Positions 46,231-54,714 of a DNA stretch of 64,000 nt are shown in pieces. The first letter of the stretch is position 1, and the number at the start of each line of letters is the position of its first letter. The position numbers were made by a program, and so were the translations under genes. Origin of the DNA: Vicinamibacteria bacterium. GTDB lineage: Bacteria > Acidobacteriota > Vicinamibacteria > Marinacidobacterales > Marinacidobacteraceae. The stretch spans positions 32,001 to 96,000 of the forward strand of contig OZ219816.1 of assembly GCA_964291235.2 (NCBI GenBank), written 5' to 3'. The notes beneath the pieces were generated by a model that was not told the origin of the DNA, did not search any database, and saw only the letters and a list, made by a program, of their open reading frames with translations.

Positions 46231-46641
46231 ATGGGAATGGCAGGACTTGGTAGCAAGGACGTAAACGCCAACATCAACGTGACCCCCCTGGCGGATGTCA
46301 TGCTGGTGTTGCTCATCATCTTCATGGTTGTGACACCGCTCCTGCAGAAGGGAGTGGACGTCAAACTTCCGGTGGCCGATTACGGCCTTGATCACCCCGA
46401 CAGCGATGACGTGGTGAACGTGGCGATCCGGGAGGACGGGGCGATCTATCTCGACCTCATCTCCACGACCCAGCAGGAATTGCCGACCGCTCTCGCCAAC
46501 AAGTTCATGGGCAAGTCAGAGAAGGTTCTTTTCCTGAAGGCCGACGAGCGGCTCGCTTACCACGAGGTGCTCGGCATCATGTCACTTTGTCGCGATGGCG
46601 GAGCCGAAGAGATCGGCCTCATCACGGAACGCGCCGAGTAA
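46231..46641 (+). CDS. exbD: ExbD/TolR family protein
   Basis: INVTPLADVMLVLLIIFMV, LKAD. Confidence 0.9.
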   Translation: MGMAGLGSKDVNANINVTPLADVMLVLLIIFMVVTPLLQKGVDVKLPVADYGLDHPDSDDVVNVAIREDGAIYLDLISTTQQELPTALANKFMGKSEKVLFLKADERLAYHEVLGIMSLCRDGGAEEIGLITERAE

Positions 46642-46677
46642 GCAACCCGCAAGGGCTGACATACAGGAGAAACCATC

Positions 46678-47082
46678 ATGGGAATGGCAGGATTCGCCTC
46701 TGGCGGAGTCACTTCCGACATCAACATCACACCGCTGATTGACGTACTTCTGGTGCTGCTCATCATCTTCATGGTCGTGACGCCGCTCACGCAGCAGGGG
46801 CACGACGTGGAAATGCCGGACAACGAGGACCAAGTCATCGATGCCGAGCCGGATCCGAACCAGCTCGTGTTGAGTATCGATTCAAGCAATCAGGTGACCA
46901 TCAACAAACAAGTGGTGGCGCGGGAGGAACTCCCCCTGCGCATCCGCGACATCTTCGAGACCCGCGCCGACAAGACCATCTTTCTGAAAGCTGACCCCTT
47001 CCTGACCTACGGAGATGTCGTCTCCGTTCTGGACATCGTGAAGGGGAACGGCGTCGAGCGCGTGGGAATCGTTGCCCAATAG
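46678..47082 (+). CDS. exbD: ExbD/TolR family protein
   Basis: INITPLIDVLLVLLIIFMV, LKAD. Confidence 0.9.
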   Translation: MGMAGFASGGVTSDINITPLIDVLLVLLIIFMVVTPLTQQGHDVEMPDNEDQVIDAEPDPNQLVLSIDSSNQVTINKQVVAREELPLRIRDIFETRADKTIFLKADPFLTYGDVVSVLDIVKGNGVERVGIVAQ

Positions 47083-47112
47083 CCGCTCGCGCGACCAGGG
47101 AGATCACACGCC

Positions 47113-48198
47113 GTGAACCAGAAACAAAAGAAGATCGCCCTCATCTCGGGTGGGGTAGTTCTTGCGCTCACCATAGGAATCGCAGTCTCTCCACTTCCGT
47201 CCTTCTTGAGCAACTACGTTGACATGCTGCAGGCGATGCGGGCCTTCGGCAAGGCGAACGAGGCTTACGGCAGGCGGGAATACGAGGATGCGATCCGGTA
47301 CTACGCCGAGGCCACCGCGAACGCCCCGGACAACAACCCGCTGATCCAGACGACGCTGCGCTTTTTCAGCGCCAGCAGCAATCATCTGCTTTACAGCCCG
47401 ACGACGTTCGACGATCCGCAGAACGAGGAGTATCTCGACAACGCGCTCGACCTCTACGAGGACACGCTCGATGTGGTTGATTCCGCGCTCGCGGACCCGG
47501 ATCTCGACCAGGCGTCGAAGGAGGGCATTTCGCTCTACGAAAAGTACGCCTCCGAACAGCTGGCCGGCATTCACCGTGACCACCTCGATGATCTCGAAGG
47601 GGCGGAGCACTACTTCAATCGCCTGATCGAATTGGATCCGGACAGTCCGGAGCTCTACTACGGGCTGGCCGACGTGTACGAGCGGTTTCACGATCCAGAC
47701 AACAATCCACTCCTCGACAAGGCGATCGCCGCCTACGAAAGACCGGTCGAGATGAATCCCGACGATCCGATCGGGTACCGGCAGGTCGCCAACCTGTACA
47801 ACAAGTACGGTCGTTTCGACGACACGATGGAGTGGCTCGAACGGGCGCGGGACGTAAACCCGGACAACCCGGAGGGTTACTACCTGATCGCGACCTACTA
47901 CTGGGACAAGGTCTATCGTGACCCCGATCTATCGGCAGGGGACCGTCGTGAATTCATTGACCTCGGAATCGTGCAACTCGACCTGGCCCTGGAGCGCAAC
48001 GACGAATACGTGGACGCGCTCGTCTACAAGAACCTGCTCCTCCGGGAACTGGCCAAGGTAGATCCCAGGAACGAGGCGGCCCTGGTCGCCGAAGCCGACG
48101 AGTACCGGAACCGGGCTATTGAGATCCGCGACCGGATGGCCGCGGAAGCAGCCGAGGCGGCAGCCGCGGCGGCGGAAGCAGCCACCCAGGAGCGCTGA
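47113..48198 (+). CDS. Membrane-anchored acidic TPR-repeat protein
   Basis: N-terminal TM segment and repeated TPR-like A..Y...ELDP/NP units. Confidence 0.8.
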   Translation: MNQKQKKIALISGGVVLALTIGIAVSPLPSFLSNYVDMLQAMRAFGKANEAYGRREYEDAIRYYAEATANAPDNNPLIQTTLRFFSASSNHLLYSPTTFDDPQNEEYLDNALDLYEDTLDVVDSALADPDLDQASKEGISLYEKYASEQLAGIHRDHLDDLEGAEHYFNRLIELDPDSPELYYGLADVYERFHDPDNNPLLDKAIAAYERPVEMNPDDPIGYRQVANLYNKYGRFDDTMEWLERARDVNPDNPEGYYLIATYYWDKVYRDPDLSAGDRREFIDLGIVQLDLALERNDEYVDALVYKNLLLRELAKVDPRNEAALVAEADEYRNRAIEIRDRMAAEAAEAAAAAAEAATQER

Positions 48199-48228
48199 CC
48201 CGCGGAGCACCGACAAACCGAGTTCAGG

Positions 48229-48272
48229 CCCCGTCGGCCGCGCGCTCCGGCCGCGGCCGACGGGGTTTTTTT
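48229..48272 (+). terminator. Rho-independent terminator
   Basis: 14-bp stem CCCCGTCGGCCGCG/CGCGGCCGACGGGG followed by T7. Confidence 0.85.
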
Positions 48273-48393
48273 GATCCCACGCGCCGGGAACGGATGCCCG
48301 GCAGGCCAAGCGCAGGCTCCACAATGACCAAGGTTCCTTCAACTCGATCCAACACTATTCGCTGCTAGGGTAGGGCCGGAGACAGGGCGAACA

Positions 48394-50568
48394 ATGATTC
48401 GGTTCGAAACGATTCGGGACCGGGTCCGGGCGTATCAGCCCGAAGCCGACTTCGACCTCCTCCGGGCCGCCTACGTGGTGGCGGCACAGGCTCATCAGGG
48501 GCAGGTTCGCCGCTCGGGGGAGCCATACCTGAACCACCCGCTCGAGGTGGCTGGAATCCTCGCGGACCTGAGGTTGGACATCGTCTCGGTCGCCTGCGGG
48601 CTCCTCCATGACGTGGTCGAGGACACCCACGTCACGAACGAGGACCTCGAACGTCGCTTTGGACGGGACGTGGGCCGCGTGATCGACGGCCTCACCAAGC
48701 TCAGCCGGGTGGAATTCAGTTCGGCGGAGGCCAATCAGGCGGAAAACGTCCGCAAGATGATCATCGCGATGACGGATGACACCAGGGTCATCCTGATCAA
48801 ACTCGCTGACCGCCTGCACAACATGCGGACACTCGACTTTCTCCGCGAGGAAAAACGGCAACGGATCGCCACCGAGACACTGGATGTTTACGCTCCAATC
48901 GCCGGGCGCCTCGGCATCGGCCGGATCGAGGCCGAGCTTCAGGATCTGGCCCTTCGCCATCTCGAGCCGCAGACGTATCGAGTTCTGGACGCCCGGGTCA
49001 AGGCCAAGAAACGATGGGCGGAGGACTTTATTCGGGACCTCAGTCGCACCCTGAAGCGCGAGCTTCAGGCCGAGACGATCCCGGGGGAACTGTCGGGCCG
49101 TACGAAGAGCATCTACTCCATCTATCGGAAGATGCACCGTCAGCAGATCGAACTCGACCAGATGTACGACTTCATTGCCCTCCGGCTGGTGACCGACACC
49201 GTACCCCACTGCTATACGGCGCTCGGCGTGATCCACAACGTCTGGAAACCCATCCCGGGACGCATCAAGGACTTCATCGCCATGCCGCGCGCCAACGGGT
49301 ACCAGTCGCTGCATACCAGCCTGATGACGGATTCCGGGACGCACTTCGAAGTCCAGATCCGCACCACCGACATGCACCGGGTAGCCGAAGAGGGCATCGC
49401 GGCTCACTGGAGCTACAAGTCTTCCGGAAGCTACGGGGAGCAGGACATCAAGCGCTTTGCGTGGCTACGGCAGGTTCTGGAGTGGCAGAAGGAAGTCAAG
49501 GATCCCCACGAGTTCCTGAGCAGCCTCAAGATCGATCTCTACCCCGACGAGGTGCACTGCTTCACGCCGCGCGGCGAGGTCAAATCGCTTCCCCGAGGGG
49601 CGACTCCCATCGACTTTGCATACGCGATCCACACCGAGGTTGGCCACGGCTGTATCGGGGCGCGGGTCAATGGCGCCATGGCGCCCCTGCGGTATCAGCT
49701 CCGGAATGGCGACATTTGCGAGATCCTGACCCGCAAGAACCATCTGCCCAGCGAGGACTGGCTCAAGATCGCGCGTACCAACCGCGCGAAGAGCAAGATC
49801 CGAGCGCGGCTGAATGCCGAAGCCAAGCGGGAGAGCATTGAAATCGGGCGCAAGCTCCTCGAAAAGGAGGCCCGCGGCCATGGAATGAGTCTCCGCCGGG
49901 TTCGCTCCGCGCCCGGGTTGGCCGATGCGCTAAAGCGCCACGGCACCGCGACCCTGGACGATTTTTTTGCTGCCATCGGCTACGGCAAGCTGTCGGCCGC
50001 ACGCGCCCTCGCCGACGCCGTCCCCTCCGAGCAACTCAAACGCGCACCCGCAAAGGAACCTCCCGCCGAGACCGGTTTCGCGGGGGCGGTCCGACGAATC
50101 ATCGGACGGGATCCGGGGCAGATCCTGGTCAGTGGCCAGAACGACATCCTGGTTCACCGGGCGCGGTGTTGTTCCCCGCTGCCTGGTGAAGCGATCGCCG
50201 GATACATCACCAAGGGGAAGGGAGTCGCCGTCCATGCCGCCAAGTGCCGCCATCTGGCGGACCTGGCGCGGGATCCGGAGCGTCAGGTTGCCGTGTCCTG
50301 GAAATCCACCACCGGCGCACGGTATGACGCCGGCTTCCTGGTACGCGTCGAAAACCGCAAGGGGATGCTCGCCGACATCACCAAGATCATTGCCGAGGCC
50401 GACACCGACATCCGGGCGTTCGAAGGAACCGCCGACGATGCGGAGCGGGGAGACATCTATGTCACCGTGGCTGTCCAGAACGCCAAGGAGGTCGGAGCTA
50501 TCTCCCGCCTGTTGCAAACCGTCCCGGGAGTGATCGAGGTCCAGCGGGGATCGCCGTCCCCCCGGTAG
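48394..50568 (+). CDS. relA: Bifunctional (p)ppGpp synthetase/hydrolase (long RSH)
   Basis: RRSGEPY..HP, HDVVEDT, KLADRLHNMRT, NGYQSLHT, EVQIRT, TGS and ACT domains. Confidence 0.95.
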   Translation: MIRFETIRDRVRAYQPEADFDLLRAAYVVAAQAHQGQVRRSGEPYLNHPLEVAGILADLRLDIVSVACGLLHDVVEDTHVTNEDLERRFGRDVGRVIDGLTKLSRVEFSSAEANQAENVRKMIIAMTDDTRVILIKLADRLHNMRTLDFLREEKRQRIATETLDVYAPIAGRLGIGRIEAELQDLALRHLEPQTYRVLDARVKAKKRWAEDFIRDLSRTLKRELQAETIPGELSGRTKSIYSIYRKMHRQQIELDQMYDFIALRLVTDTVPHCYTALGVIHNVWKPIPGRIKDFIAMPRANGYQSLHTSLMTDSGTHFEVQIRTTDMHRVAEEGIAAHWSYKSSGSYGEQDIKRFAWLRQVLEWQKEVKDPHEFLSSLKIDLYPDEVHCFTPRGEVKSLPRGATPIDFAYAIHTEVGHGCIGARVNGAMAPLRYQLRNGDICEILTRKNHLPSEDWLKIARTNRAKSKIRARLNAEAKRESIEIGRKLLEKEARGHGMSLRRVRSAPGLADALKRHGTATLDDFFAAIGYGKLSAARALADAVPSEQLKRAPAKEPPAETGFAGAVRRIIGRDPGQILVSGQNDILVHRARCCSPLPGEAIAGYITKGKGVAVHAAKCRHLADLARDPERQVAVSWKSTTGARYDAGFLVRVENRKGMLADITKIIAEADTDIRAFEGTADDAERGDIYVTVAVQNAKEVGAISRLLQTVPGVIEVQRGSPSPR

Positions 50569-50592
50569 GCGGGGCGCTCCGGACGAGGGCTC

Positions 50593-52026
50593 TCAGCCGA
50601 CGGGGGTCGGCGCCGCCTCCTGCTGTTTCGCCAGGCGGCGCAGCAGGTGGTGGCTGTAGATACCCGTTTCGTGGCCGTCGTTCCAGTGAATCTGCACGCC
50701 GTAGTTGCCGACTGGCACCAACTTCCCGGGAGCGAAGTTGCTGGGCAAGAGCAGGGTCAATGACCGGCGTTTTCCGCTCCACTCGTCAACGCAAGTGGCG
50801 CACGGGCAGTGGTTTCGCAGGTATTCGAACCCGAGTCGATCCTCTCGGCCATCGTGCCAACAGACGACAACGTTGCCATCCTCCACGCGAACCGATTCGG
50901 CCACACCGCCCCGCTCGGCCTGATTGGCACGGGCCACTTCGAGCGCGACCTGGCGGGCGATCTGCCGATACGCGGCGGCAGCGGGACTTTCGGGATCGCG
51001 CCGGACGGTAGGCGTCCCTTCGTCCCCCGCCACTACGACCCGGGGATCGAGGGGTACGCCTCCCAGGAACGGAAGCCCGAGTTCATGCGCCACCTCTTCG
51101 CCCCCGCCGGTGGAGAAGATGTTCGTCGTCTCGCCGCAGTGCGGACAGGCGAAGGAACTCATGTTCTCGATCACGCCGAGCACGGGAACGCGCACCGGCT
51201 GGAACATGCGGAGCCCCTTTTCGGCAATCGTCCGCGCCACCGCCTGGGGCGTAGTGACAATGACCGCGCCCGCCAGCGCCGCAGTCTGGGCGATGGTGAG
51301 CTGCACGTCCCCGGTACCCGGAGGAAGATCGACCAACAGGTAGTCCAGTTCTCCCCAGACCACCCCCGAAAAGAACTGCTGAACGAGCCGGGACGCCATC
51401 GGCCCCCGCCAGATCACCGGTGTCTCCTTGGAGGAGAGCATCCCCATGGAAATGAACCGGACGCCATGGGCCTCGTGTGGCAGGAGCCGGCGATGCTCAT
51501 CGGTCGCGGGTCGGTCATCCATCCCGAACATGGTGGTCTGCGAAGGCCCGTAGACGTCGGCATCCAGCAGGCCGACGCGCGCGCCGTCCGCCGCCAGGGC
51601 AACCGCGAGGTTCGCCGAAACGGTGCTCTTGCCCACCCCGCCCTTCCCGGAAGCGATGGCCACTACGTTTTGGACGCCCTCGGGCTTCGTGGGATTCGGC
51701 GTCGGGGGGCGCCCACCGCCGGGACCCGACGGTGGACCGGCGTCCTGCTGCACCCGTGAGGTGGGAGAAGCGCTCACCTCGGTCCGGACCGCCACCTCCG
51801 CCCGCTCGATTTCCGGCAACCGGAGGAGAGCCTCGCGAACCTGGTCTCGGATCTCGCCAGCGACCTCGCTTCCGACATTGGGGAGCCTCACCGTGACGCT
51901 GACGATGGGCCGGCAGATGAGGATGTCCGCGACCTGGCCCAGGGCCACGATGCTGTCGCCCCCGAATTCCCGGTTCCGGACGGGGGCAAGGGCCTCCAGA
52001 ACCTGCTTTTGATCGAGTTGGGACAT
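50593..52026 (-). CDS. Mrp/ApbC Fe-S carrier ATPase with N-terminal DUF59-like and C-terminal DUF971 domains
   Basis: GKGGVGKST, DADVYGPS, DLPPGTGD, ENMS..CPHC. C-terminal LR.HCPCATC...VGNYG..W.DGH.TGIY. Confidence 0.9.
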   Translation of the reverse strand: MSQLDQKQVLEALAPVRNREFGGDSIVALGQVADILICRPIVSVTVRLPNVGSEVAGEIRDQVREALLRLPEIERAEVAVRTEVSASPTSRVQQDAGPPSGPGGGRPPTPNPTKPEGVQNVVAIASGKGGVGKSTVSANLAVALAADGARVGLLDADVYGPSQTTMFGMDDRPATDEHRRLLPHEAHGVRFISMGMLSSKETPVIWRGPMASRLVQQFFSGVVWGELDYLLVDLPPGTGDVQLTIAQTAALAGAVIVTTPQAVARTIAEKGLRMFQPVRVPVLGVIENMSSFACPHCGETTNIFSTGGGEEVAHELGLPFLGGVPLDPRVVVAGDEGTPTVRRDPESPAAAAYRQIARQVALEVARANQAERGGVAESVRVEDGNVVVCWHDGREDRLGFEYLRNHCPCATCVDEWSGKRRSLTLLLPSNFAPGKLVPVGNYGVQIHWNDGHETGIYSHHLLRRLAKQQEAAPTPVG

Positions 52027-52237
52027 GGGAAAGGGAAGACCTGCGTTGGGCGGTCCGCCAGCTCGGCGGCGCGAAGCGTTTAGGATAGCCGTCGGGATGG
52101 GCAATACGGCACTTCAGAGGGACGAAGCGCCCGGTAGCCCCTCGGCGTTCTCCCTCTTACAATCGCCTAGCCTGGCGCTACCCGCAGCTGCTCCAGTCCG
52201 CGATGCGGAGTGAGCCGGCATCGCAAGGAGGCCAACC

Positions 52238-54577
52238 GTGAACTTCGTCCGCCTCGTCACCCGCTACCGGTTGCCGTTTGCGGCCACCCTCGCTTTCCTC
52301 GTGTTCGCCGCGTTTTCGGGGCCGGCATACGGCGCGACTCAGGAGCAGGAGGGTCAGGAAGCCGAAGAGCAACAGGAAGAATCCGAAGGAACCCCGGAAC
52401 CGGCGGACATCATCCCCCGCTTCACCGACCAGGTGGTGGTTTCGGCCTCGCGCGTCGAGCAGGAGATCGTGAATGCGCCGGCCGCGATCGCGGTGATCCC
52501 CAGACAGGTGATCGAAACCCAGGCAGCCAGCAACTTCGGCGACCTCCTTCGGCAGGCCCCAGGCGTCAATGTGACGCAACTCTCCAGCACGCATTACAGC
52601 GTCACCAGCCGCGGCTCGTCGAGCGCGCTTGCCACATCGCAGCTCGTCCTGGTGGACGGGCGATCGGTGTATCAGGACTTCTTCGGCTTCACCAGTTGGG
52701 ACTTTCTCTCGGTGGGACTCGACGATCTGGAGCGGATCGAAGTGGTGAACGGACCGGCTTCGGCCGTCTGGGGCGCCAACGCGATGAGCGGCGTCGTGAA
52801 CCTGATCACCAAAGCGCCACGGGATGCGTTGGGGACGACGCTGAACCTGCGGTTTGGCTCGTTCGATCGCAACGTCACCGGCAACTCAATGGATGCGGGC
52901 AACCAGCTCATGGGATCCCTGACCCACGCGCAGGCGGTGAACGATCGCTTCGCGTACCGGGCGACCGTCAGCTTTGCCCACCACGATCCACTGCCACGGC
53001 CGTTCGGCGAGATCCCGAACGGCACCGGCACCCTCTACCCGTCGTTGTCGGGGGTCACCGCCAAGATGCCCAAAGTGGACTTCCGAGCCGACTGGGACTC
53101 ACCCGACCGCCAGAGCGGGTTCCGCTTCTCGGGCGGCTACGCCGGGAGCACGGGGATCCTCCACTCGGGAATCGGCCCATTCAACGTCCAGTCGGGGGCG
53201 AACATGTCGTACGGCCGGGTCCAGTACATGCGCGGCTCCATGGAAATCGGCGCCTTCCTCAACCGAACCTCCGCGACCTTCAATTCGCTGCTGTCACGGA
53301 TCCCCACCGGGGAACTGCTCGACGGCCAGATCAACACCCGTACCTACGACGTCAGCCTCAAGGACACGAGGTTCCTGGGCGGGCGCCATCTCTTCAGCTA
53401 CGGCGCGAGCGCCCGCTTCGTCACCCTCGACTTCAGCCTCGCCCCGCTCGGAGACGGACGAAGCGAACAGGGCCTCTACCTCAACGACGAGATCTTCATC
53501 AACGACCGCTGGCGCTGGATCGTCGGGACTCGCGCGGACCGGATCAGCATCTTCGACAAGATCGTGCTGTCTCCACGAACGACCCTGATCTTCAAACCCA
53601 CCCCAACCCAGTCCCTGCGGGTTTCCTTCAACCGCGCGTTCCGCGCCCCGTCACTGAGCAACACGTTCCTGGATACGACGATTGGCGAAACAGCCGTCTT
53701 CGATCTCCGTCCCGTTTTCCGGGGTTTCTTCGGCGCGCTGAGCATTCCGGACTCCGCTTTGCCCGCGCCGGTCAACTACACGATTCCCATCGGCGTGGTG
53801 GGAAACCCCGCACTGCTCCAGGAGACACTCACCGCTTACGAAGTCGGCTGGTCGGGCGCCCTCAACGACTGGATCGGGGCGAGCGCGGCCGTTTACCTCA
53901 ACGACAAACGCGACAGCATCGACTTCACCGACCACACCTTCTGGTCCGGCGAAAATCCGCCACCCGGATGGAACGAAGCCTTCGCGGAGGTCGGGGATTT
54001 CATCGGGCGGTTGGGGGCAGTCCTTCCTCCCGGAACCCTGCCGCCGGAGATCGGGGCCATCGCCGCGAATCCCGCATATCTGATCGACGCCCTGGGAGGG
54101 CTCGCGGGCGTCCAACTCCCGGCCTCGTTCAGCTATGTCAACCGGATCTCGGTCCGCGAGTCAGGGATTGAACTCGGACTGAACGGACGCCGCGGCAACT
54201 TCGGAGGCTTCCTCAACTACTCCTGGCAGGCGGAACCGGCCGTGCAGGGGTTCGGGGAAGAGGACGCGGATGAAATCAGCATCCCGGCCGCCCACCGCAT
54301 CAACGCAGGCCTCGACGCCGAGTTCGGCGCCGTCGATCTTGGCTTGTCCCTGAACTACACCGACCGCGCCTACTGGACCGACGTCCTGACGGCCGAGTAT
54401 CACGGCTGGACCGAAGCCTTCACCATGGTGAACGCCACCCTGGCGGTCAACCTGATGGAAAGTCGCTTCCAGCCCTCGGTCCGGGTCATCAACCTCCTCA
54501 ATCAGGAAATCCAGAACCACATCTTTGGAGATGTGCTGCGGCGGCAGGTCATCGGGGGTTTGCGCTACCGGTTCTGA
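52238..54577 (+). CDS. TonB-dependent receptor (paralog A)
   Basis: Signal peptide, DQVVVSASR TonB box, plug motifs LVLVDGR and IEVVNGPASAVWGANA..GVVN, C-terminal YRF. Confidence 0.93.
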   Translation: MNFVRLVTRYRLPFAATLAFLVFAAFSGPAYGATQEQEGQEAEEQQEESEGTPEPADIIPRFTDQVVVSASRVEQEIVNAPAAIAVIPRQVIETQAASNFGDLLRQAPGVNVTQLSSTHYSVTSRGSSSALATSQLVLVDGRSVYQDFFGFTSWDFLSVGLDDLERIEVVNGPASAVWGANAMSGVVNLITKAPRDALGTTLNLRFGSFDRNVTGNSMDAGNQLMGSLTHAQAVNDRFAYRATVSFAHHDPLPRPFGEIPNGTGTLYPSLSGVTAKMPKVDFRADWDSPDRQSGFRFSGGYAGSTGILHSGIGPFNVQSGANMSYGRVQYMRGSMEIGAFLNRTSATFNSLLSRIPTGELLDGQINTRTYDVSLKDTRFLGGRHLFSYGASARFVTLDFSLAPLGDGRSEQGLYLNDEIFINDRWRWIVGTRADRISIFDKIVLSPRTTLIFKPTPTQSLRVSFNRAFRAPSLSNTFLDTTIGETAVFDLRPVFRGFFGALSIPDSALPAPVNYTIPIGVVGNPALLQETLTAYEVGWSGALNDWIGASAAVYLNDKRDSIDFTDHTFWSGENPPPGWNEAFAEVGDFIGRLGAVLPPGTLPPEIGAIAANPAYLIDALGGLAGVQLPASFSYVNRISVRESGIELGLNGRRGNFGGFLNYSWQAEPAVQGFGEEDADEISIPAAHRINAGLDAEFGAVDLGLSLNYTDRAYWTDVLTAEYHGWTEAFTMVNATLAVNLMESRFQPSVRVINLLNQEIQNHIFGDVLRRQVIGGLRYRF

Positions 54578-54714
54578 TCCGGACGACGATCGGGGCCGGC
54601 GCCCGGGGAGCGGGCGCACGCCGCCCCGCTCGACTTACAATGAGCGTGTCGGCGGCGGCACCAGGCTGTCCCGGGTAGCCGGCACCGTGTCGCATGTACC
54701 TGAGGAGGCCTTTC

